Source: Eledone cirrhosa | Taxonomy: Eukaryota | Assembly (NCBI GenBank): GCA_964016885.1 | Contig: CAXHJY010001155.1 | Location: 132,568-196,567, forward strand | Length of the DNA: 64,000 bases | Direction: 5' to 3' | Shown: in pieces, positions 12,106 through 25,568 of the stretch | Position numbering within the stretch: position 1 is the stretch's first letter | Layout of the letters: each line of letters begins with the position of its first letter | Notes under the pieces: generated by a model | Databases searched by the model: none | The model's input: only the letters and a program-made list of their open reading frames with translations | Told to the model about the DNA's origin: nothing | Position numbers and translations under genes: made by a program

Positions 12106-14573
12106 ATAGTATTTGAATGAAAACATCTATTTGCACAATGGCATGTTTTTGTTCTCGATATTGTTTCCATTTTCTATATAAACGAGTTTGGCATGCAGCC
12201 ACACAACCATAACCAGTGTTTCAATTATTCATGCTTACCTACACCAAACATCATTAAACCTGTTGTTAACAGTTCACAATCAAACATTATTCTATGTACA
12301 GCTGTGTATTGGCACTAATAGGGTTGAACTAAAACATAGAACATGTGTATGTTTAGTAGCAGCAGCAGCAGGTGTAATCTACACATTACTATATCAGTTT
12401 TACCTCTAGTTTTCATGCTTGCATAGGTTAGATGGGTTGTTATGGTCTGAGCTTAAGCAAGTCACATGACTGCATTTCACTCATAATTTCCATTCTAGCA
12501 TGGTTTTCATGGATGGATGTCCTTCCTAACACCAACAACTTCACAGTATGTACCAGGTCTATTTTATCATTGTATGTAAGAAACTTTAACTTACATGCCA
12601 AACACTGAATGAGAAAGTTAGTTATACTGTCAAATCCTTCAAATTCTTGATTATCTTAAAATTATGGCAATGAAAGCATTAACAAACTGGAGAAGTTGAA
12701 TAGTAAGAGCCAGTCTATGTAATATTTAGAATGTTGAACTTTCTTTCACAAACAGGCCAGAACAAGTGTGTAGTCAAAGGGAGGGCTGAATCATTATCAC
12801 TATCATCATCATCATCATCATGACAATGGCCACCACCATCATCATCATCATCATCATCATTTTAATGCCCCTCTTTTCCATGCTTCCATGGGTCGAGATG
12901 TGACATTTTGAGATATGTTTGTTACAGTCAGTTTAATGCCCATCCTAATGCTAAACCATGACTTATTTTAAGTATGGAATGGACCTCCTTCAGTTTCAAC
13001 GATGAGTGTTTAGTTGTTTTATCAATGGAATAGCTGGCTCATAAAATTAATGTGTAAGTGGCTGAGTATTCCACAAACATTAATGTCATTATCAGGAAGA
13101 TAAATTATCAGTGTGTAACATGGCTGGCACTTTCAATTACACATACATTTCAAACTCCCAACTAGTTTCCATTTACCTAATTTCCCTCACAAGGTATTAG
13201 TCAATATGAGGTTATCGTAGAAGATACTTACCAGGTGCCAAACAGCGTAACTGAACCCAGAACCACATACATGTATATATATGTGATGGCCATGACAAAA
13301 AGTGCCCAGCCTACACTGCAAAGCGGTCATCATAGCAACACAGCAAAAAGCACCCAGCGCACACTGTAAAGTGGTTATGTAGACATAATGACAAAGAGCA
13401 CCCTGTCCATGCTGTAAAGTGGTCATGTAGGTGTCATGGCAAAAAGCACCCAGTACTCACTGTAATTAAGGTTGGCACTAGGAAGGGCATCCAGCTGTAG
13501 AAACCAAGCTAATATCAGTTCTGTATGAGCAAGACATGGTCACCTGACATGGCATTGCTTAGAACAGGATAAATCCTCTAACCCATACCAGCATGGAAAA
13601 ATGGACGTTAAATGATGATGTATGAGTATGTGTGTGCACAATGAGCTCCTGAAAATTCCGCTCACAAGGTATTGGCCTTGTGCGTGTGTTATATCCACAA
13701 TTAGATGTTGGAATGTAAACTTTACAATTCCCATAACATTTATAATTTATATTCAATTTAGCAATAGATCCATGGATATTACACATTCAATTAGTTGGAT
13801 ATTTAAATTTGGATTGGGGAGAGCCGTTTCATTTTCTCACATAGAAACTCACTCATGCTTATTCATGCGTATATATATATCAGTGTGTACTTGTGTGAAT
13901 GCACAATTATATGTGGAAACATATGTATAACACTTTACACTAGTACACCTACATGCCGACACACATATATGTATATATATATTTATATACATATACACAC
14001 ACATACATGAGTCATAGACACACAAATTCACACACATATATATATACATATATATACTAGTAGTGTACCCATAAAAAATAATGGAATATATTGTAAAGAC
14101 TGGTTAATTAAATAATTCCTTTTTTACAACATTCAAAGTGAAAAGGCTTGAATGCCTGAGTTTTCCTAAACCTTCATAATTTTCAACCTGTTTTCTACTT
14201 CCAACACATAAGTAAGTAGATAAAAAGACAGATAAATAGTTGTTGTTATTCTTATTGCTTCAATGCTGTATTACCAACTAACCCTTCTATATGGCTGTTG
14301 TTTTGGTGGTGATGTGAACACCCAAAAAAATAACAGGAGATGGAGGGAGTTGGATAATCCTGTGTGCGTTCCACATAGAAAGAGAGATAAAGGGGAGAGG
14401 GAGATAGATATTCAAAAAAGAGAAAACATCCCTTTCATATTCTTCATTTCCTTCTCTCTCGTTTTCTGGACTCATGGCAAAGAATAACATTTGTTACATA
14501 TCAAAATCATGAACATATCGACAATTGGATTGAATTTGTAGTTTTTGCAGTACATTTAACTACAAAACATAGT

Positions 14574-14807
14574 CTAATAATAGGGTATAAAAGCCTCCAA
14601 ACAAGAAAAAATGGGCATCACTATATGAGGGAATCAAACCTACACCTCTTATTTTCAAAATACGGGTGCTATCCGATTATACTAAATTGTGGAATTAGTG
14701 GAATCAGCTAGTATACTTAATGCAAAAATAAAAGAATTTAGTTAAATTCCTGCATCCACTGATGCCCAATTTTTCTGTTCTAGGGGCTTTTGTACCCAGT
14801 TATTAGT
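14574..14807. mobile_element. MITE-like element with ~60 bp imperfect inverted repeats
   Basis: CTAATAATAGGGTATAAAAGCCTCC...AATGGGCATCA versus TGATGCCCAATTTT...GGGGCTTTTGTACCCAGTTATTAG. Confidence 0.45.
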
Positions 14808-15892
14808 TGGACAAATGACTGGGTGCATATGGTATTAAATAATTTTCAACATTGAAGGGTAATGACAAACCATAGAGAGTGCTAAAAATGGCTCCGAAGT
14901 TGTAGTCCAAAGCTGTACTAAAATCTAACAGAAATACATATAAAATTCAGGCTTAATCAATACATAAAAATATATAGCAAGGAATACATATAGAAATGAG
15001 AAAACTCATCACTAGAGCAGCTGTTAAAAGAGCTAACTTAGGTCAAAGACAGTGATGACCAAACATGCCTCAGAGGACAGAGACCAGCAGCCAGTGGTCA
15101 ACAGAGAAACAATTCACAAGATGGGTGACTGGCAGATGAAATATAGAACAGATTGAAGGAGGAGGCCAAGGAGAAGAGTGTTGGCACACAGAAATGACTG
15201 GAAGAAGGAATTAAAGATAGGATGTGTACAAGATAAATTTACACATGCACATCTTCACCCTCATCAACTCTCAAACCAGCAAACTGGTTTCACACGATTT
15301 AATTGAATTTATTTATTCTACTAGAAAAACCTTTCTAGTGAAATATCATTTTTTAACTATATTTTAATTTTATTGCATAATTTTAACTTCATCAACTGTA
15401 AAAATTGAGTAATTACAATGATTAATTGTAAAAAATAAAAAAATATCTTGAAAAGAACAGTTTTATGAATTTTAACTTTTTTGCAAAAAGTTAATTAGTT
15501 ATTAGACTTTTTTTTTTTAGTCAAACACAGCAAAAAACTACTTATTCAATTCAATTTTCCATCACCATGATCTTAAACAAATGTAATGTTTATATGTCTA
15601 TATATATATATCATCATCATCATCACTGTTTAACATCCATTTTCCACGCTAGTATGGAATGACCCTGTTTTGCACATATATCTCTATATAAAATATATAA
15701 GCTCATGATTGGGAATCAAACTCTAACCACAAAACCATATATATATATATATATATATGTATGTATTACAAGGACAATTTTCTGGTATGTTTACATATTT
15801 CTATATATGAAAAATGTGTATATGTATATACACATTGGCACAGTATTGATTACCCACTTTCTGTCTATATATAGATATAACTTTATATACAA

Positions 15893-15936
<44 letters not shown>

Positions 15937-16374
15937 ATGATGATGATGATAATGGCTGCAATTCAATTTTGAGTAATACCATCGCTTGATACTTAAGCAT
16001 GAGCATCACGGACGTGGCTTTTTAGTGCTGCTAGGTACTTGCCTACGGCCAGCCATGCTATGTATCACTAAAAAATGTCAAATGTGTTTGAGGCTTTTTT
16101 AAGTGAGAAAAAGCTTTGCACAGGGCCAATCCCACTCTTTGAACATCGAATGCATTTTACCCACACAAAAAAAGACATGGTCTACATCATTGGAGACAAA
16201 TTAAATTGCAAGTTTTATATCAGAGTGACCTTCTCCTAGAGTGATATCTTAATGAAGACTAGGAGTCTCTCGCTCCACAAAAAAAAAAAATCTCCCAGTA
16301 TTTGGGTAGATGGATATATATGTGTATGTATATGTGTGTGTATATGTATATGATGTATATATACTACTACTACT

Positions 16375-17285
16375 AAATTCATCTACTTCTTTGTGGTGAC
16401 ATGATCAAATCTTTCCATTACACTCAAACAAGCATTAACTGCTTCAGGCTTTCACCAAATAGTTCTGCATCTTCCTCAATGGCTCTCTCTAATGTCTTGA
16501 GAGGTCTTCTAATTTTACATTTCACATTAGTGGGCTCTCATAGTAAAAGTGTTGTGCAGGTTTGTTGCATCTATATAGTATCTTTCAATCTCTGTCCCCC
16601 ATCAAGATACTGATTTCAGAATCAGAGTTTATGCCAGTATCCTCTCTGAGCATTTTTGGAAAGATCTTCATTCCGTCTCCTCTGCACCACCTCCCTCCTG
16701 ATGGTGACCAAAATAAAAGCTTAGAAACCAGTCAGTCCTCAGCTCTGTGGCACCTTCTGTGTAATGATAGGCATGGGTGTAGCTCTCTATGATATCTTTT
16801 GCTGATGTTAAAAATTCTTCTGTATATTGCATCTGTGTTATGATCCAAGTTTCTGTGCTGTATAATAGAATAATTTCTACACATGCTTTGGAAAATCTTA
16901 GTTTCAGTTTTCTGTCATGTTATATTCCCATAGTGTGTCTAGCTGGTTTATTACAGCCTGTGCGAGACCGTCCTTACATTAAAATCATCTTTGCTTTCTG
17001 GAACATATTTAAATTACTCCACCCAACCAAGGATTTGACTAGTTAAGGATTTTGTTCAATAATCATCATTGATTCCATCTGTTACAAGTTGTGTTGTACT
17101 AGCATTAAGATGTAAACCAACTATATATGCTGTATGTTCACACAATGTAATAAATCTTCATCTAGCTGCAATGATCCACTGATCAATGCAATGTCATCAG
17201 CAAAAACCAACTCCTTTAGTTGTTGGTATCCAGTTCATCGACAACTAACAGGGAAGTGCAGGATATAAACTTGACGGACCTTTCA
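16375..17285 (-). pseudogene. Decayed RTE-type LINE reverse transcriptase
   Basis: Minus-strand pieces ELVFADDIALISG (catalytic ADD), FSKACVEIILLYSTETW, RPLKTLERAIEEDA and WKDLI; (TAG)n tail at ~16362-16374. Confidence 0.75.
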
Positions 17286-19216
17286 GCAACTATTTCATTC
17301 AGTCTACTTGACTTTTTACGCCTCAGCACTTCATCATTCCTCACCCTGTCTCTCCATAACTTCAAGTTTCTACCAAAATTGCACCCAGTATACTCTGTAA
17401 AGTGATTGGTGTTAGGAAGGGAATACAGTTATAAAAAAAAAAAATTGACAAACAGAAGGTTGAGAGGACACGTCAGTTCTGTGCTGGTGCCACAATAAAA
17501 TGCACACAGTACACTATTAAGTATTGGATATTTGAGAACAAGATGTGGGACCCCAGCCTGTCTGAGGGGTTAGGGGATCCAATTAAATACTGATTGGGCC
17601 AGTGATGGCCCCTCTAGCTCTTGCCAGTATGGAAGAATAGACGTTAAATTATGATGGTGATGATAATGTTAATGATGATATATCATTAAATAAAAACAAT
17701 GGTAAATAGAAAAGCTGATGTACAGACAGATACATTCTCAGAATAAAACATTTGATTAGAATTCTATGTAGTGGCTGTTCTTCATGACAATCAATCCAGG
17801 AAACATATTCACTCATAACTGACAACAAATTTGAATTATATTGTAACTAAAACAATACAGTGAGAGTTAGTATTAGTAATAATACTACTAATAATAATAA
17901 TAATGATAATAATAATTGTTTCTACTTTAGGCACAAGGCCAGTAATTACCCAGTACATTACTGGTACTTTATTGTATCGACCCCGTAAGGATGAGAAGCA
18001 AAGTTAACCTCGGCAGGATTTTAACTCAGACTGTAAAGGGACGTAACTCTCTGCTGCAAAGCATGGCGTCCGATTCTCTACCAAACTGCCAATCCACCAC
18101 CCTTAACTAATAATTGTTTCTACTTTAAGCAGAAAGCCAGCAATTTGAAGGGGAGGGAAAGTCGATTAAATTGATCCCAGTGCATTACCGGTGCTTTATG
18201 TTATCAACCTCGTAAGGATGAAAGACAAAGCAAACCTCAGCAAGATTAGAACTCAGAACATTCACTATTAATAATAATAATTTCTTTATTGGTCACTAGG
18301 GCCTACATATACAATACAAAAAGACAGAGACAGTGGGAGTTTACAATAAAATTCAGTAAAAACTAATTAACAAAAACAATTAACAATAACATTACAACAA
18401 TAAAATTCCCCAATAGGGGGAAATAATGCTAGAGATACAGAAACTAGAGCTGACTGGCACTATCCATGTCCTGATAGGGCACTATCAATTTAAATAACAT
18501 GCAAAGACATTTACTGTTGTTTATGCCTTGATTGTATCATTGGAATACAAGTGTGTGTGTGGGGGGGGGGTATTCAAGGCCTAAGTGCAGGTGTTCTATA
18601 CTATCACAAGTCACATCTTCACACCTTCCCTGATCGTCATCCTGTCAAATCACACAATACTTACCATTTCATACTTGTCTCCCCTCCCCTATCGCTCCCA
18701 CTTAACCCCCACTGAGCAGAGAAGGTGCTTCCGTTGAGCCAAGGCCCATTGACCTGTCAAGCATTGGTGCCACGTAAATGCACTTGCTACACCTTGAAGA
18801 TGGTTGGTGACAGGAAGGGCATCCCATTGTAGAAAGCTTGCCAAACAACGAGTGGGGAAGACCCTTCAGTTATGCCAAAGACATGACAACTTCACTTGTG
18901 CTGCGGCACTCAATAGAACGCGAGACAGTACATAAACTAAATGTAGACTCTCAGCCCATCTGGGAGGTCCATAGCCCTGCTTCATTACTGACTTTGTCTT
19001 TGACGATCTGTCAAATCCTGGCTTGCTGGGAAAATGGGTGTTGAACAAGGATGATGATGACAGACCTGCCAACAACTTAAAAACCAAACAGGGAGTACCA
19101 TGAAAAAAAAAGTACCCCAAAACGGGGAGAAATGAGCCGAAGTGGGGAGATTTTACATAATGAAAGCTATACCCAAAGTGGGTGAGAGTCGACAAGTCTG
19201 ATATATATATATATAA

Positions 19217-19341
19217 GAAAATGTTTAAGCCCGACGGCAGAGCTCAAGTCGTTTTAGGGCTATTTCTAGACTAAATTCTAATTTAGTCCAGAAATAGCCG
19301 TCGAAACGGCTTGAGCTCTGTCATCCAGGTTAAATATTTTC
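19217..19341. repeat. ~125 bp imperfect palindrome in (TA)n, followed by a duplicated TACCCTAAGTATTGAGTACT block
   Basis: Arms ...GCAGAGCTCAAGTCGTTTT..GGCTATTTCTAGACTAAATT and AATTTAGTCCAGAAATAGCC..GAAACGGCTTGAGCTCTGT. Direct repeat at ~19357-19400 and ~19447-19490. Confidence 0.75.
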
Positions 19342-20193
19342 CTATTACCCACTCTACTACCCTAAGTATTGAGTACTCTGGTGCGTTATGGTCCATCTGG
19401 TTCGTTACGACACTTCCTTCGTTATATATATATATATATATATATATACCCTAAGTATTGAGTACTTTGGGGCGTTATGATCCACCTGATCACCCTCTTT
19501 GTTATATATATATATATATATATGGGCGGGGGGTATGTGTGTGTGTAGGTGGGGGGGGGGGTATGTGTGTGCACACACAAATTATAAAAATATGACTAGA
19601 TTAAATCTACTGAGACAGATTCAACATGTTCACTGTAAACAACCCGTTTATTCCCCTTCCCCTTTCTTTAATAATCGCTTTAATTTCATACACATTGTAA
19701 TAATTAAGAGAAAGAATGCTTGAAAATATACTCCCTCCCCCTTTAAAAAAAACCCACCAACAACTGCACTACCCCTACCACACTGCACTACCCCTACCAC
19801 TGTTACCACAACCAATACAACCCCGCCCACGATTACCAAAACAAAACAAATTCGTGTATAAACATGATTACAATGTCGTTGTGAAATGAATTCCTGAAAC
19901 ACACTGCCATGCCTGCATCAGTATACACACGTATATACTCGGCAATGACGATGAGATATACACACACACATACATATATATATATATATTTTGATATATA
20001 TATATATTTTGATTAATAAAAGGCCTCGGGCGCACTCGAACCATATTTCATCGCCGAAACATCGGTTCAAAAATATTTACAGCTGACGATGGAAACTCCT
20101 TTCTTCCTTTCTTCTCCTGTTCCGTCCTAACTACCATCCCAAACCTTGTTTTTAGTAACCACACAGCTCCTTTCGTTTCATAACTTTATATAT

Positions 20194-20244
<51 letters not shown>

Positions 20245-20669
20245 AACACATATACGTGTATAAGCACACAAACAATGTCTCCATGGAGATAATGTCGGCA
20301 AAGATAAGTTTAAGTGAAATGAATTACAGGAGGAAGTATATCAGTACGGGTTTCTATGATTTGCAAGTCAAAAGAGTAGTTTTTCCTCATCATACATTTG
20401 TATACATTAATAGATACGTTGTGAAACATATACATACGCACACGCAATCACACAGGCAGAAAATATTATGGTGGCAGTATTTCAGGATGTATTATATAAA
20501 ACGTACGCACACAATAGTTATTTTCTGCACTATACTATATTGTTTACAGACTGCAATATATATATACTATACACTATGCTATATAATATTCTACTTTCAC
20601 GGTCCACCCACCCTCTCTGTATGTATGTGTATGTGTGTGTATATATATATATATGTGTGTGTGTCTGTA

Positions 20670-20752
<83 letters not shown>

Positions 20753-21219
20753 ATGCTTTCTTTATTAACCACAAGGGTTTACACAAAGTAAGACATTAAG
20801 GACAGTACAGGACAATACAGGACGGTATAACAATAATGATTTCTAGTATAGGCACAAGGCCAGTAATTTGGGGAGAAGGGAAAGTCGATTAAATCGACAA
20901 CAATACGTTACTGGTGCTTTATTTTATCAACACCGTAAGGATGAAAGGTAAAGTTAACCGTGACGAGATTTGAACCCAGAACGTAAATGGCCATAACTAT
21001 GCTGCAAAGCATGGTGTCTGTAGCTCTACCGAATAGCGCATGGCTTCGTGGTTAGAGCATTGGGATTGCAATTGTGAGTTCGATTCTCGAACCGGGTGAT
21101 GCGTTGTGTCCTTGAGCAAGACACTTTATTTCACATTCCTCCAGTGTACTCAGCTGTAGAAATAAGTTGCGACATCACTGGTGCCAAGGACGATTCGTTA
21201 TGTCTTCATTACATTTATT

Positions 21220-21310
21220 GAGTAGTGACGCACGTTTCGCTATTGATCAGCTCAAGGTTCAATCTGTATTGATCTAGCCCGACTCTGGAATGAAGAGCTC
21301 GTCGGACCTC
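21220..21310 (-). ncRNA. Degenerate hammerhead-like motif with long helix II
   Basis: Minus strand: GAGGU-CCGACGA-GCU...AGC-GAAAC-gugc-GUC-ACUACUC. Confidence 0.45.
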
Positions 21311-21354
21311 CCGACACACACACACATTCATTTTATTATGGCTGAACAGTAAGT

Positions 21355-21402
21355 CGTGTTACGCTGGAGTTCCGCCTGTTTATGACAGGGTCATCAGACA
21401 GG
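21355..21402 (-). ncRNA. Minimal hammerhead motif, same family as 1759-1855
   Basis: Minus strand: CCUGU-CUGAUGA-cCCUGU cauaa ACAGGc-GGAAC-uccagc-GUA-ACACG. The flank CATTTTATTATGGCTGAACAGTAAGTC is homologous to 1733-1760. GAAA is mutated to GGAA. Confidence 0.55.
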
Positions 21403-21637
21403 AACTCATACGTGTGTGTATGGATGTTACCGATGATGTTGATCTTTTCTTCTTTTCGGGTTATAGCTACTGTTGCTCAGGGAGTGGGATGGTCTCAGTG
21501 CACAGTCTTTTCTCACTTTAAAAAATATCTTCACGCATAGGAATTGCACGATAGAATTAATTAATAATTATTAATAATGGTATATCGTGCAATGGCCACA
21601 CTCCATAACGAGGGGGAAGCCATCATGTATGTGTGTG

Positions 21638-21686
<49 letters not shown>

Positions 21687-22089
21687 TACTATATTATATA
21701 CTGTATACATTGTATTCCACACACCACAGCTTTTATTTCTAACATTCAACATGAATGCTATCTTTCTTGACATTTCGAACCTAACCGGCACTCCACTTCA
21801 TTGAAAACATTCCTGGGTTGTTAATTCATAGTTTCTGATTTAGGCACAAAGCCAGCAATTTTGAGGGAGGGGAAAGTTGATTAAGTCGATTCCAGTGTGT
21901 GACTGGTACTTTATTGTATCGACCCCGTAAGGCAAAGCTATCTTCGGCGGGATTTTAATTTCGAACGTAAACGACGTAACTATATGCCGCGAAGCATGGT
22001 GTCCGACACTTTACCGATACTACCAATCCACCGCCTTTAGGATGTTAATTAATAATAATTATAATTAATTACTGAGATTTTAAGAATAC

Positions 22090-22390
22090 GTACTAATACT
22101 TCTTTTTGGCCCATTTGTTCGTGAGAGTGTGGTGGGTCTAGAGTCCTCAAACACTTCTCCCAACGAGTCCTGTCAGAACCAACCGTCTCCAACTGATCTA
22201 GCTGGATTCCCAAGCAAGGCCAGCCAAGCTCATAGATGTTATCCAACCATCTTGCTTGGGGTCTACTCGTGGGTCCACTGCTGGTTGGTTTTGTCTGTGA
22301 AATCTGTCCAGCAATTCGTTCCTGGGACATTCTAACCGCATGACCATAGTATCGGAGCTATGATCTCTCAATTTGAAGAAGTAGCAGCTC
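22090..22390 (-). pseudogene. RTE-type LINE 3' remnant
   Basis: LRYYGHAVRM...RPQARWLDNI...DRTRW. Confidence 0.7.
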
Positions 22391-22899
22391 TTTATTTACC
22401 TATAATTTGGCAGAGGTATATAAATACATTTTTTTTTAAATCTAGTTTACTGTCTATTTCAATAATTGTTTCTATTTTAGGCACAAGGCCAGCAATTACC
22501 TAGTACATTACTGGTACTTTATTTTATGTTATTATAATTTGTTAATGTTTTATAAATCCTTGAAAGGCAAAGTTAACCTCGGCGGGATTTGAACTCAGAT
22601 CATAAAGGGACGTAACTCTATGCTTCAAAGCATGGCGTCCGACTCTCTACCGATACTGCCAATCAACCGCCCTTTCAATAATGTTCGTCCAACGTTACTG
22701 ACGTTTAAAGTAGCATAAAGGATTTATAAAACATTAACAAATTATAATAACATAAAATACGAAATAAATATAAAATTATTATAAGACCCAATAATTCAGG
22801 CAAAGAGATGATAAAAAGACATGAAAACACACCTCATGTTAACCACATATACACACGCACGTGTGAATACCCAGTAAGTCGAGTCAGAGAATCCCACAT

Positions 22900-23180
22900 G
22901 TCTGCTTCCCAGCTGAGTACAGGAAGCATGTGTAAACATTTCTTTGATGAATTCATTGACGAAAGGATCCACATCGTTTGGCAGTCGTCGTCAAGACCTC
23001 AAGCGTCCTCGGATGCAGGCAGCCGAGCTCCTCCGTAAACTCAGAATGTCAGCAGCCCGTCTGAGGAAGAAGCCTTGCGAGGTGGGTGGCTGTTGCGTGT
23101 GTGTAGATGGCCATTGTCCACGTAAATGCCTTTGAAGGTTTGACTGCGGGGCGCTTCTGAAAGGCCGCCCCGCCCTAAGC
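22900..23180. promoter_or_regulatory. Unique GC/CpG-rich island with GC box; possible promoter or small exon
   Basis: Non-repetitive and CpG-dense, with GCCCCGCCC (Sp1-type) at ~23167-23175 and a possible + strand donor GAG|GTGGGT at 23081/23082. No homology recognised. Confidence 0.3.
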
Positions 23181-23530
23181 TTGTCTCCCTCTACTCTTCC
23201 CCTTCTCTTTCTTCCGTGGCCTAGTAGTCCTTATCTTCCCCCCTTTCTTCTCATTTATGGCATTTATACTAATTTCCTATACAGCCAGATCTGCCTTGCT
23301 TTGCCCCTTCCCCCCCTTTTTTTCATTACTTAATTTTGTTTTCATCTTTTTTTTTTCATATTGCTATCATTTTTCAAATACATAGTCTCTTTTAAACTTT
23401 TACAAATTTCAATCATTAGACTGTGGCCAAGTTTGGTGATCGACTTCATGTAATCGAACCACTAAGTTACGGGACACACACAGTCTCTCTCTCTATATAT
23501 ATATGTATAATAAACAATACAATACAATTA

Positions 23531-23602
23531 TTCCATTTACAAAAGGTTTCACGAAGACAGGCGAGCTCAACAGAGACGTCTGAAATCGTTCATCCGAAGG
23601 AA
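23531..23602 (-). ncRNA. Hammerhead motif (CGGAUGA core variant) within a ~30 bp inverted repeat
   Basis: Minus strand: UUCCUU-CGGAUGA-ACGA...UCGU-GAAAC-cuuuu-GUA-AAUGGAA. Flanked by IR ~23510-23540 / 23606-23636. Confidence 0.55.
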
Positions 23603-23734
23603 AAGTAAATGGAATAATCGTATTGTGGTGTTTATTACATATTTAAATAGCACTGCAGCATACATAGAACACTCTCCTTTCTTTTACCCTTTCTACGGAA
23701 ATACTTTGGAGTATCGCTATTAGCTTTCTCCGTG

Positions 23735-23766
<32 letters not shown>

Positions 23767-23770
<4 letters not shown>

Positions 23771-24007
23771 TCTTTAAGTTGTTTGGAAGCCTCGACAATG
23801 CAAATGGGTAAATCTCCGGGTAACAAGATCCGGTGGTGGAGAGAGAGAGGTAAGTGGGTGTACGTTGAGAGTACTCTTTCTTTCATTCTTCTACACATCT
23901 CATACACACCACACCCACTTACCTCTCTCTCTCCACCACCGGATCTTGTTACCCGGAGATTTACCCATTTGCATTGTCGAGGCTTCCAAACGACTTAAAG
24001 ATATTTA
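23767..24007. repeat. Foldback with ~94 bp near-perfect inverted arms and ~50 bp spacer
   Basis: 23767-23860 is the reverse complement of ~23913-24007 with one visible mismatch. Starts at the edge of a (TA)n tract. Confidence 0.9.
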
Positions 24008-24138
24008 CTTATCATTCCACAATGCTTCGAGCAAACTTGAATACTCTCATATATATATATATATGAGGTAAATATCTCACTGAGTACTAAGTACCCATAG
24101 AGATATAGGGTGTTAATGTTTGTTTGTTCTGCTCATCA

Positions 24139-24165
<27 letters not shown>

Positions 24166-24172
<7 letters not shown>

Positions 24173-24827
24173 GTTATACATTAATATATATGATAAACAC
24201 ATACGTGTTTGTATTGCAAGAGACAAAGTTAACTAGAATGAAATAAACTAATTAAAGTGAATACAATTTGTCTGTCTCGATATAAGTCAATAAAGACAAG
24301 CTTATATTGGCAAAAGCCGTGATTCCTGGACAAATCTAAATTTCAAAATCCAAACCCGCTCCGTAGATAAATTTGAACTTCGAAACCTAAATATGTTTCG
24401 CAACGATGGTACATGAATTGAAAAATAAAGAGAATCGAATGGAATTGAAATAAAAAGTGAAATATCCAAATCGTCTGTACTTATCAACAGGAATCCAGTA
24501 AAATTAGTACATTCCACCATCAAAAATCTTGCAGGTCTGACTACACGTGCGTGTAGCCAGCCAAACTAGCCGTCCCGCATTCCCGGTGCTAGAAATAACA
24601 GCCGTTTATACGGGATTAAAGATCAGCTCTACAGTTAAGGAGCAATATACTATATTATATTTTCAGGAATCACGGCTTTTGCCAATATAAGCTTGTCTTT
24701 ATTGACTTATATCAAGACAGACAAATTGTATTCACTTTAATTAGTTTATTTCATTGATAGCTAACTTTGTCTGTTACAATGCAAACACGTTTTGTGTTTA
24801 TCATATATATTAATGTATAACATGTAT
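24166..24827. repeat. Foldback with ~165 bp inverted arms and ~335 bp spacer
   Basis: 24166-24328 versus 24664-24827 (ATACATGTTATACATT...GCCGTGATTCCTG / CAGGAATCACGGC...TATAACATGTAT), few mismatches, bounded by (TA)n. Confidence 0.9.
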
Positions 24828-24922
24828 TTAACTGCTCGGAAATGCCTCTTTCTTGGAGCTGGTTAATTGTAAATGACTGAGAGTTTAATCTCAAAATATA
24901 ATATAGTATATATATATATATA

Positions 24923-24985
<63 letters not shown>

Positions 24986-25131
24986 GAAATATAAGCTATT
25001 GACGTACATGTACATCAATACTCATCTTTTTCCATTTCTCCGAGGGTTCTTAACCCCACTATCAGGCTAAATATTTAGTCAAAATACGGTGGTAGCTTAT
25101 ATTTCTAATTTCAAACTCGCTCGCTGTTTCG

Positions 25132-25193
<62 letters not shown>

Positions 25194-25442
25194 TTTTACA
25201 GGACTCGAACTATTCATTCAGGAGAAATTATATACTATGTTAAGATATCAATACATATTTAATATGTACGTTGATCATGTTTCTCAATAAATAAACTCAA
25301 TGGACCTTGGTTCAGGGCATCAATTATTCAAATTTAAAATATATATGTAGAGAGAGAAAGAATCATATATCGTTTGAGGAACATATATATAGAGTGAGAG
25401 AGCAAATAATATTCAGGAAAATATACATAGTTAGAAATGTCT

Positions 25443-25568
25443 TCCCTTACAGTGTTGTTTCATAGACCAAAAGACTAAAGCAAAGACATCGATCTAAGTA
25501 ATCAATCATTGATTACCAGCTATCGATTTTGGTAAGGCACCGGAAAACAGGTCTAATCATCCAAGGAA
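25443..25568 (-). ncRNA. Hammerhead motif (UGGAUGA core variant) with ~95-nt helix II domain
   Basis: Minus strand: UUCCU-UGGAUGA-uUAGACC...GUAAUCAA uga UUGAUUAC...GGUCUAu-GAAAC-aacacu-GUA-AGGGA. Enclosed by IR ~25402-25429 / 25623-25650. Confidence 0.5.

Noticed and set aside
10745-12120. Long IY/HT-rich ORFs, also at 35627-35956, 53336-53722, 56081-59958 and 61931-63395
   Set aside because: Translations of (TA)n/(CA)n microsatellites.
20020-20100. Hammerhead from CCGAAAC and CTGACGA motifs
   Set aside because: I could not build consistent helices I-III.
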